Origin: a virus
Taxonomy: Duplodnaviria > Caudoviricetes
Virus record (IMG/VR): IMGVR_UViG_3300009068_000135
Location: 1 to 29,321 of that record
Reading direction: 5' to 3' (one strand)
DNA: 29,321 nt
Below, piece after piece: positions 15,095 to 23,900 of the stretch. Position 1 is the stretch's first letter; each line of letters opens with the position of its first letter. A model generated the notes under the pieces. The model saw only the letters and a program-made list of their open reading frames with translations, ran no database searches and was not told the origin of the DNA. The position numbers were made by a program, and so were the translations under genes.

Positions 15095-15415
15095 TTATAG
15101 GTAGTTATCGGCAGGTCTAGCCAATAACTTAGCCATAACTTCCAAGCGTTCTTGCGCCTTCATATTGCGTAGTTCTAGTTCAGTTAAGGGTCTAAGGGTA
15201 GCAGGTAGGGGTTTAGGCTTGGCGTTCTTAATTGTCCGCCTTGCTAACTTAACCGCAACGCTATCCTCTACCGCTACGATTATATTCCCCGACTTATCAC
15301 GCACCACTAGATTACTAAACCGCTTACTGCGTGAACCTAACCACGCAGGGGCAGAACGCACATCTCTTGGTGGTGTGATAATGCTACCACTAACCCCATA
15401 AGGGTTATATGGCAC
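15095..15415 (-). CDS. First early gene, basic hypothetical protein
   Basis: GTG at 15415 after AAAGGTGA is the likelier start than 15430. Confidence 0.65.
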   Translation of the reverse strand: MPYNPYGVSGSIITPPRDVRSAPAWLGSRSKRFSNLVVRDKSGNIIVAVEDSVAVKLARRTIKNAKPKPLPATLRPLTELELRNMKAQERLEVMAKLLARPADNYL

Positions 15416-15547
15416 TATCTCACCTTTCACTAGGGGCTTGATTAGATAGTGAGTAGTCTAGTTAGTATCCCGATAGCGCAACCGCCATCATAACTAGGGG
15501 CGTATCTCACTAGGCTACTTACTAGTAGTCTAACCTTGTAAGAACTT

Positions 15548-15588
15548 ACTCTACACCATCACCGCCGTAATATCAAACCGACACGCCG
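15548..15588 (-). promoter_or_regulatory. Early promoter P2 with upstream CGGCGTGTCG motif
   Basis: CGGCGTGTCG-N2-TTGATA-17 nt-TAGAGT. Confidence 0.7.
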
Positions 15589-15655
15589 TAAGTGATAAAT
15601 ATATTTTAAGTTCTTTATTTAGTTGTATCAGGATATTACTAACCTGATAAAGATA

Positions 15656-15696
15656 ACTTTACACCCTCATAAGAATAAAGTCAATACGACACGCCG
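15656..15696 (-). promoter_or_regulatory. Early promoter P1 with upstream CGGCGTGTCG motif
   Basis: CGGCGTGTCG-N2-TTGACT-17 nt-TAAAGT, same geometry as P2, 108 nt away. Confidence 0.75.
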
Positions 15697-15705
15697 ACTA
15701 TATTA

Positions 15706-15721
15706 TGTGAACTACATCACA
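15706..15721. promoter_or_regulatory. CRP/GlxR consensus site
   Basis: Perfect TGTGA-ACTACA-TCACA. Confidence 0.65.
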
Positions 15722-15735
15722 CGAACACTTGTTCT
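15722..15735. promoter_or_regulatory. LexA (SOS)-like box
   Basis: CGAAC-ACTT-GTTCT versus the actinobacterial TCGAAC-N4-GTTCGA consensus. Confidence 0.5.
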
Positions 15736-15759
15736 ATTACTGGTGAGTAATGTATAGGG

Positions 15760-16250
15760 TGAGAGGGGAATAGGACAATAGGGGCAAATAGGATTATTGG
15801 TATTTATTAGGGCAGATAGTCAGCAACCGCACATTTAACTCATAAGGGTATAAAACACAACACATACCACAATAAGGACTAATCGGACATATAGTATAGG
15901 TAGGATTATAGGTCTATAAGTCTATTTGTCGACAAATCTACATTTGGGGTGGGGTGTGTTAATTCGCTTGCGGGGGGCATACATAGTATTAGGTAATAAT
16001 TTTCTGTTATATTAGCCCAGTAATATATATACAAACTAGTATAAATCGGACATTATAAAAAATATATCACCCTAAGTTGTTCGCTTTTCAGTTATTCACA
16101 GGTTATCTATATATGTAATAGTAAATACATATATAGGGAGTTGGCTCCCTTTAATTCCGCCAACTCATAATATAACAATTATTATAATAATATATATAAT
16201 GGGTAAGTTCTGTCCGTTTAACCTTACCGTTTAATAACCGTTTATAGGGG
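15760..16250. repeat. Non-coding region with short degenerate repeats, probable genome end/packaging region
   Basis: TAGG-type units about 10 nt apart, AATCGGACAT twice, CCGTTTA three times, a 14-bp palindrome and G-runs, directly upstream of the terminase. Confidence 0.5.
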
Positions 16251-16254
16251 TGCT

Positions 16255-18123
16255 ATGGGACGCAAGCCAGGGGTACAATCGATACCCAAAGATGTAGCAC
16301 AAAAACAAGTTTTGGAAATCTTATCTCAAGGCAGTACCATCACTGATGCTATGCTAGCCGTAGGTAGGAATGAAGTTACCTTCCGTCAGTGGTCCATGCA
16401 GGACCCTGACTTTAAGACTGAGGCTGATAAAGCAAGGCTTGCTGGTAAAGGTGTCAAGTCTGACATGGCTACCCTAAAGGATATCTCCTTTGAGAATTTT
16501 TGTGAAGAGTTCCTAGATACAAAACTTTTTAATCATCACCTTGACTGGATAGATTTAATCGAGGGTAAGCCACCTAGGTCTTTACACCCATCTATGACTT
16601 ACGAGCAGGCTGCTACTAACCGTATCTTAATTAACGTACCACCTGAACACGCTAAGTCAACTGTTATCACAATCAACTACGTTACCTACCGCCTAGCGAT
16701 AGACCCTAACGTTAGAATTATTATAGTTTCTAAAACCCAGGGTATGGCACGAAAGTTTCTTTCAGCCATCAAGACCCGCCTTAGCCATCCTAACTGGACT
16801 AAACTACAGGTCTCCTTTGGACCTCAAGGTGGATACAAAGCAGACTCTAACACTTGGTCTGCCGATATGATTTACCTAGGTACTGGTCGCGACTCTGGTG
16901 AGAAGGACCCTACTGTTCAAGCATTAGGATTTGGTTCTCAGATTTACGGTGCTCGCGCTGACCTGATTATCCTTGACGATGTGGTGATGAACGCAAATGC
17001 CCATGAGTGGGAGAAGCAAATTGAATGGCTTCAAAAAGAAGTTATCACCCGCCTAGGGCGGCACGGAAAATTACTTATTGTAGGAACCCGTGTCGCGCCT
17101 ATAGACCTTTACAAGATGATGAGAGACCCTAGTCAATGGACTGGTGGTAAATCTCCATTCACTTACTTCAGTCAACCAGCAGTACTAGAGTTTGATGAAG
17201 ACCCTAAGAAGTGGAAAACCCTTTGGCCTAGAACAGATAGACCTGAAGGTGAGCAAGATGAGGTGGACGAAAATGGATTATATACAAAATGGGATGGACC
17301 CTCGCTCTTTACTAGAAGGTCTGAGGTTGCTCCGTCGGTGTGGGCGCTTGTCTACCAACAAGAAGACGTCATGGAAGATTCAATCTTCTCACCTACCACA
17401 GTCGCAGGATGCGTCAATGGTATGCGAAAGCGTGGACCACTCAAGGCTGGAGTCCCTGGCCATCCAAAGCATGTTGATAGCGCTTACACAGTTATCGGCC
17501 TCGACCCCGCAATGGCAGGAGCCACAGGAGCAGTAGTAATAACTTACAACCGTTCTGATGGTAGAGTCTATGTATTAGACTGTGTCAATATGACGGATAC
17601 TACCCCACAAAGAATTAGGGACCTTATTGAAGAATGGGTTATCAAATACAAACCCCAAGAGATAAGAATTGAAATTAACGCTCACCAGAAGGCTTACGCC
17701 TTAGACGATGACTTACGTAACTGGTTAGCACAATATGGCTGTATCCTCAACTCTCACTTCACGGGTAAGAACAAATGGGATACAGGCTTTGGTGTAGCAT
17801 CTATGGCTACATTGTTTGGGACGGTAAGAGATTCTCGTTTCCAGGACAATAATCTAATTGAACTTCCTTCTAATGAAGGCTCTGAGGGCTTGAAGTCCTT
17901 AGTACAGCAATTAATAACCTGGAAACCTGATACCAAAAACCCTACTGACTGTGTAATGGCTTTATGGTTTGCTGTTATCAAAGTCCGTGAACTTATGCAG
18001 AAGTCATCTTATGCTAATAAGTTTGCTAGTAATCGTTGGGCTACTAGAGCACAAAAAGAAAAAAGATACGGAATCAATTTAGACGAAGCCTTTGCAGAGC
18101 AATGGGCTGATACTTATAACTAA
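16255..18123 (+). CDS. terL: Terminase large subunit with N-terminal HTH extension
   Basis: Walker A PPEHAKST, Walker B LIILDD, VGT coupling motif, RNase H-like GLDPA and TDCVMA. Confidence 0.92.
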   Translation: MGRKPGVQSIPKDVAQKQVLEILSQGSTITDAMLAVGRNEVTFRQWSMQDPDFKTEADKARLAGKGVKSDMATLKDISFENFCEEFLDTKLFNHHLDWIDLIEGKPPRSLHPSMTYEQAATNRILINVPPEHAKSTVITINYVTYRLAIDPNVRIIIVSKTQGMARKFLSAIKTRLSHPNWTKLQVSFGPQGGYKADSNTWSADMIYLGTGRDSGEKDPTVQALGFGSQIYGARADLIILDDVVMNANAHEWEKQIEWLQKEVITRLGRHGKLLIVGTRVAPIDLYKMMRDPSQWTGGKSPFTYFSQPAVLEFDEDPKKWKTLWPRTDRPEGEQDEVDENGLYTKWDGPSLFTRRSEVAPSVWALVYQQEDVMEDSIFSPTTVAGCVNGMRKRGPLKAGVPGHPKHVDSAYTVIGLDPAMAGATGAVVITYNRSDGRVYVLDCVNMTDTTPQRIRDLIEEWVIKYKPQEIRIEINAHQKAYALDDDLRNWLAQYGCILNSHFTGKNKWDTGFGVASMATLFGTVRDSRFQDNNLIELPSNEGSEGLKSLVQQLITWKPDTKNPTDCVMALWFAVIKVRELMQKSSYANKFASNRWATRAQKEKRYGINLDEAFAEQWADTYN

Positions 18124-18131
18124 AGGATAAG

Positions 18132-19904
18132 ATGGCTTTAACAATTGAACAAATAGCAGCACGAGTACAATCCCTGCGATATCGCAATACAGAACGCGAT
18201 GGTCGCAACCTTGATGTACTTGCTGTTCGTAGAGGTAAGATTGCCGATGTATATCCTAACTTTTTCCCAGAAGGAGTAGACGCTAATGTCGTGGCAAATT
18301 TTATTGATATCGTTGCCCGCGACCTTTCAGAAGTTATGGCGCCTCTTCCTGCGGTTAACTGCTCGGCCGCTAATCAGGTCTCTGACCGTGCTCGTACTTT
18401 TGCCGATAAGCGTACTCGTATTGCTAGTAATTATTTCTCGAACTCTGACCTTGCGGTACAGATGTACTCAGGAGCAGACTGGTATCTAACTTACGGTTTC
18501 GTTCCATTTATAATTGAATTAGATGAAGATGCAAAGTTACCTCGTATTCGTTTAGAAAACCCAATTGGTTCTTATCCAGAGTTTGACCGCTATGGTCGTT
18601 GTGTTGCTTTTGCTAAAAGATACACACTTACATTAGGTGAGTTAGTAAGTCAGTTCCCAGAGTTTGAAAGAGAACTATTAGGTGGACGAGGTTATGAACA
18701 AGATTTAAATGCTCAAATAGAAATGCTTCGTTACTACGATAAAGACCAATCAGTTATTTATATACCATCAAAACAAAATTTAGTTTTATCGCAAGCCAAT
18801 AATCCATTAGGTAAATTAATGGTAGTTGTTGCACGCAAACCATCTATTGATGGAGAGTTGCGTGGACAGTTTGATGATGTATTAGGAATTCAATTACTTC
18901 GTAATCGTTTTGCTTTACTTGCTATGGAGGCTGCAGAAAAATCTGTACAAGCCCCCATTGTACTTCCACAAGATGTGCAGGAACTACAACTTGGTGGCGA
19001 TGCGGTTATCCGTACAGCCAACCCAGCAGGTGTTCGTCGAGTAGAACTTACCCTACCACAGGGTGCATTTACAGAACAGAACGTTCTTAACCAAGAGTTA
19101 AGAGTAGGAACTCGTTATCCAGAATCAAGAACTGGAAACATTGATGCCTCTATTGTTACTGGTCAAGGTGTACAGGCTCTTATGGGAGCATTTGATACAC
19201 AGGTTAAATCAGCACAAGCAATCTTTGCTGCAGCACTTCGTGATGTAATTAGCATTTGCTTTGAGGTTGATGAAGTTATCTACCCTGAGGAAAAAACAAT
19301 TCGTGGCGTAGACTCTGGTTCTCCATATGAAATTACTTACAAACCAACCAAAGATATTAAGGGTGACTATTCTGCCGATGTTCGTTACGGTATGCTTGCT
19401 GGTCTTAATCCAGCACAAGGTCTTATCTTTATGTTACAGGCTCTTGGTGGCAAATTAATATCTAAAGATATGGCTATGCGTGAGTTACCATTTACAGTTA
19501 ATGTAACTCAAGAGTTAGAAAAAATTGAGATTGAAGATATGAGAACCGCTTTACTTGGTTCTCTAACTGCATATACACAAGCAATACCACAGATGGCTAC
19601 ACAAGGACAAGATGCATCTGATGTCGTAAGAAAAATTGCGGCAGTTATAAAGGCTCGCCAAAAGGGACAAGCGTTAGAAGATGCTATTGAGGCTACCTTT
19701 GCGCCTGAACCGCAACAAGTTCCTCCTGCTGGCGCACCATCTCAGGTTGAGCAAATGTCCCCTGCTCCCGTTGCTGCTCCAGTAGGAGGTCCATCTCCAA
19801 TTGATGAGCAACCTCAACAAGTACCTGACGTACAAAGTTTATTATCTAGTTTAACATCTGCAGGTGGAGCAAACGCAAGCGTAAGAACTATTAGACGACG
19901 TTAA
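18132..19904 (+). CDS. Portal protein
   Basis: 590 aa directly after terL; helical, with Pro/Gln-rich tail as in podoviral portals. Confidence 0.8.
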   Translation: MALTIEQIAARVQSLRYRNTERDGRNLDVLAVRRGKIADVYPNFFPEGVDANVVANFIDIVARDLSEVMAPLPAVNCSAANQVSDRARTFADKRTRIASNYFSNSDLAVQMYSGADWYLTYGFVPFIIELDEDAKLPRIRLENPIGSYPEFDRYGRCVAFAKRYTLTLGELVSQFPEFERELLGGRGYEQDLNAQIEMLRYYDKDQSVIYIPSKQNLVLSQANNPLGKLMVVVARKPSIDGELRGQFDDVLGIQLLRNRFALLAMEAAEKSVQAPIVLPQDVQELQLGGDAVIRTANPAGVRRVELTLPQGAFTEQNVLNQELRVGTRYPESRTGNIDASIVTGQGVQALMGAFDTQVKSAQAIFAAALRDVISICFEVDEVIYPEEKTIRGVDSGSPYEITYKPTKDIKGDYSADVRYGMLAGLNPAQGLIFMLQALGGKLISKDMAMRELPFTVNVTQELEKIEIEDMRTALLGSLTAYTQAIPQMATQGQDASDVVRKIAAVIKARQKGQALEDAIEATFAPEPQQVPPAGAPSQVEQMSPAPVAAPVGGPSPIDEQPQQVPDVQSLLSSLTSAGGANASVRTIRRR

Positions 19905-19918
19905 CTAAGTAGGGGACT

Positions 19919-20488
19919 ATGACTGCAATTGTTGGTATACAGGGAAAAGGTTGGGCTGTCTTAGCATCAGACTCAATGACTACATATACAGATAAACCAT
20001 ATGTAGCCAAAGGTTGCGAAAAGATAGTTAAAGTTGGTGAGTATCTAGTTGCAGTATCAGGTGATGCTATAGCAGGAGATATACTTAATAACTTATGGCA
20101 ACCACCTAAAGTAATTAAGACGCAAGACCCAGATAGATTTATGATGATTAGAGTATTACCATCTATAAAACAAACTCTAACTGAAGCAGGTTACGACCCA
20201 GCACCTAAGAATAAAAATGATGATGATGCTGGATGGGATGCATTAATTTGTTTTAATGGAAATTTATATCAAGTTAGTGATGACTATGGATATATGCGAG
20301 ATGATAGAGGTTTATACGGAATAGGCGCAGGCGGAGGATTAGCCCTTGGCGCTCTAGCAATGATGGAAGTAGAAACAAAGACACACGCTAAAGCATCAGG
20401 TGCTGCTAAGAAAGCAGTGCATGTAGCAATTCAATATAATATTTGGTGCGGTGGACCAGTTCACACAAAAACACAATTTACTAAGTAG
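19919..20488 (+). CDS. Proteasome beta subunit / HslV-like Ntn threonine peptidase
   Basis: M-TAIVGI...LASDS...EKI...SGD...GIGAGG; Thr1/Asp17/Lys33 spacing is retained. Confidence 0.8.
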   Translation: MTAIVGIQGKGWAVLASDSMTTYTDKPYVAKGCEKIVKVGEYLVAVSGDAIAGDILNNLWQPPKVIKTQDPDRFMMIRVLPSIKQTLTEAGYDPAPKNKNDDDAGWDALICFNGNLYQVSDDYGYMRDDRGLYGIGAGGGLALGALAMMEVETKTHAKASGAAKKAVHVAIQYNIWCGGPVHTKTQFTK

Positions 20489-20496
20489 GAGGAACA

Positions 20497-20958
20497 ATGG
20501 CTGGAGTTAAGGGAAGAAGTGGTGGCGCTAATGGCGGACCACAATATAGCCCAATGAATGTTTCTGGAACTGGTGGTAAAGGACAATCTGGAACACAAGC
20601 AGCAAAATATTATTCAGGCTTACCTTATGGACAAGGTAAAGAAACATTAGAACAACAACGTGCTGTACCTATGGCTGGAAACTTTACTGCACCACTAATG
20701 AATCCTATAGATTCTCTTCCTCAAGCAACACCCTTAACTGAGCAATCAACAATGCCAGATGTCCCAGTTACTGATGGAGCGATGATGGGTGCTGGTGCTG
20801 GCATGGAAGCATTGATGTTACCAAAAGAGCAAGACAATGATGTTGAAAAACAAAGACTATTATCTTACTTGCCCGCCTTGGAGGTAGCAGCACAAAGCCC
20901 AAATTCTTCACAAGCATTCCGTAATTATGTGAGAATTCTAAGGGCTAACCTTCTATGA
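20497..20958 (+). CDS. Putative virion protein, Gly/Pro-rich
   Basis: AGGAGG SD; position in the morphogenesis operon. Confidence 0.55.
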   Translation: MAGVKGRSGGANGGPQYSPMNVSGTGGKGQSGTQAAKYYSGLPYGQGKETLEQQRAVPMAGNFTAPLMNPIDSLPQATPLTEQSTMPDVPVTDGAMMGAGAGMEALMLPKEQDNDVEKQRLLSYLPALEVAAQSPNSSQAFRNYVRILRANLL

Positions 20959-23900
20959 GCGAAAAAGAAGACGCAAAAAAAGCCTATCAAAATAGACAGA
21001 GAAATAACAATCCCTCTGCTTTTGATACTATGGGTTCATTTAATAATTATTATGCTGGCTGGAATATTGATTCTTCCAAGTCTTTAGCATTAGATATGGG
21101 AAGATATATCCCTGCCGCAAATAGAATAGACGCTACTTCTCAGTTTAATAAATCTCAAACACCAATAGCAGAAGACAAAAAAAGTTTTTGGCAGAGAGCA
21201 TTCATAGGAATAGAAAAAGCCTATAACTTTACAACTCAAGCAGTATCTTTTGGTTTAACACTACCTGAGAAAAATAATCCTATCTGGCAAGATGATTTTT
21301 CAGCAGACAAAGTTAAAGAAGCCTGGAATAAATCTAGAGATATATCTGCTGGTCGTTCTATTCAAAGAACTCTGGTAGGCAGACCATTAGATGTAGCGGA
21401 AGATATATTTAGCGGTATAGCAAAGACTGTAAGTTTTGGTAAACTATCTGGTGCTGATAAATTTTTACAGGACCATGTATTATTTGCCGCTAATGACTTT
21501 GATATATTTGATAAGAAACAAGCCGAGGAGGCTTTTCGTGAACAAAATATTGGACGTTTCTCATCTTTTGGTACAGATGTAATATCTAGATTTATGCTTG
21601 ACCCTACTATTATTGGTGGTAAAATAGTTAAAGGGTATAAGGCTATTAACTATACCGTCAAAGGCGTTAATGAATTAAATGCTATTCTTGCTGGAGAAAA
21701 AACTGGATTCAGAGCCAGTAAAGTAAAAGCAACCTTTAATGATTTTATTGTAAAGACAGATGACCTAGATGCCGCTGATTTGTTTAGAGTTAAGGCTATA
21801 AGAGAATCTTCAAATCCAGCATCTTTTGCAGATTTAATTGCTGATGCAAACAAAATTGAAGATATTACAATCCGTCATACTGCTAAAGCAGATATTATTA
21901 AAATGGCAATGGGTGATGCTGGCGCAGCAAGTAGATTGCTAGCAAGTAATCGTGCACTTGCCGTAAAAGTTGGTAACCTACAGGACGAAGTTACTGGTGC
22001 TAAATATTTAGGCGCAGGATTAGATAAACAAACTGGTCAACTTACATTTGATTTGGTAAATAAAGGGACTGATTTAGAAAAGGCTGTTGAAAACGTAGCC
22101 TTATACGAAGATGAACTTCGTGAACTAAGTCAAAAATTAAATGCCGAAGCAATTTTAGACCCTACAAGAATACCTCAATTTAATCAATTATCAAAAGCAC
22201 GCCAAGCAATATCTGGTAATCAAAGACTTATTGATGCACGAGGTTTAACATTCAGTGGTGTAAAATTTACTGACTTACGTAATGGTGCTGCTGGTGCCTC
22301 GGTTAGATTTATGACAGGTTTCTTTTATAAGCGTCCTCGTGGTTGGATTGATTTCACTGACAACCAATCAGTTCAAACCGTAGATAACATGCTCAATCGT
22401 GTTCGTGGTATTGCTGGAAAACAAGAGCAATTATATCTAAAACAAATTAATGTAATTAAAAACACATTAAATACAAAAACTTTACAGCCAGAAGAAATTA
22501 AATCTTTACAAACCCAAATGAAAACAATTGAAGATGACCTTAAGAAGGCTTCATTTACGGTAGAACGTAAGTCTGAATTGTTTAATGAATACGTTGGTGC
22601 TACAAATGCTGCAGAACGTGCTAACGCTTTTCAAAAAATTGAACAAGAATTGTTTAATACTGTTGCAAAACAATTTGGATTTGATGAATCTGATGTTCGT
22701 GCAGGCTGGCAGTTATTTTCTGGTGGACGTGCCAAAGCACAAAATATTATTCGTGAGAGAGCCTATACGGGAGCAACAAAAACTTTACCAGATGGTAGAA
22801 TAGTTCCAGTTGGTTCTAAAGTTACACCAATTCTTGGCTCTGAAGACTTAAAATATATTATTCCATTGCCATTAAACGAAACTCAACTAGTAAAACAGTT
22901 ACCAGTTCTTGATATTGATACAATGTATTCAGCATTAAATCGTTTATCTAGGGCTAGAAGGTCTGATGCGGTTGGAGTATATTACAAAGCCCGCGCTGGA
23001 ACTACTGATGTTATAGACGGCCTAGATTCTTTAATTAAATTTGAGGTACTTGCTCGCCTTGGTTACCCTGTTCGTAACGTAACTGAAGGATTAATGCGTA
23101 TCCTTACAACCGCTGGCCCTATGGCTGTGCTTACTGGTATACGTGAATCTTCTAGGAATATGATTGCCAATAGATTTACTGGCGCATCGCTAGATGATAT
23201 ATATCGTTGGTCAGATGATGTGAAACTTGAGACTCATCGAGATGAATTAAGTGCTATACGTGATATTGCTGATGACCCTGAACTTATTAAATCTCAAATA
23301 AAAGAAATTGATGCAATGTTAGATGGCACTCTTAAGGTTGAAGATAAATTTGGTCTTGGCTTAAGAGAAGTAGATGGCATTAAATATGAAGATGCATTAG
23401 GTTCTACACCTGAGCAGGCTGAGTTTATTAAGAATCGTTTTATTAGAGAATCTGCACGTATTGTAGATGCACATTTTTCTAACTCTAAGACTAAATTAAC
23501 TAACGCATTTGAAACTACTGGTGACTTTGTAGTAGTCAAAGGTGATGACCCTAACTGGGTTCAGGCATATGAGAGAGTTGTAAACCGTCAAGTTCGTAAT
23601 TCTAAAATTACACAAATTCTTTTGCAAAATAAACCAAGAGAAGAACTTATTGCCGAAGCAGAAAAATTTCTTTTAACAACAAAAGAAGGCCGCGTTATTA
23701 TGCGCGACCTAGGCATGGGTAGAGATGCTCTTGCTATAGCAGAAGCAAACATGGATAACATTGATGAATTATTTCCATCATTTGCGGCAGGCTTAAAGGA
23801 AATTGCTAAGGGTCGTACGATTACTGGCGATGATATTAAGAAGGCTTTTGGTACAGATACATTAAACTACCCAGCAGTTAATGCTGCTCAGGTAGGTGCT

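Noticed and set aside
11640-15401. + strand track ORFs (11640, 13132, 13416, 14497, 15165)
   Set aside because: Antisense shadows of the - strand early genes.
15447-15512. Known self-cleaving ribozyme or riboswitch
   Set aside because: No hammerhead CUGANGA/GAAA core or other family signature that I recognise.
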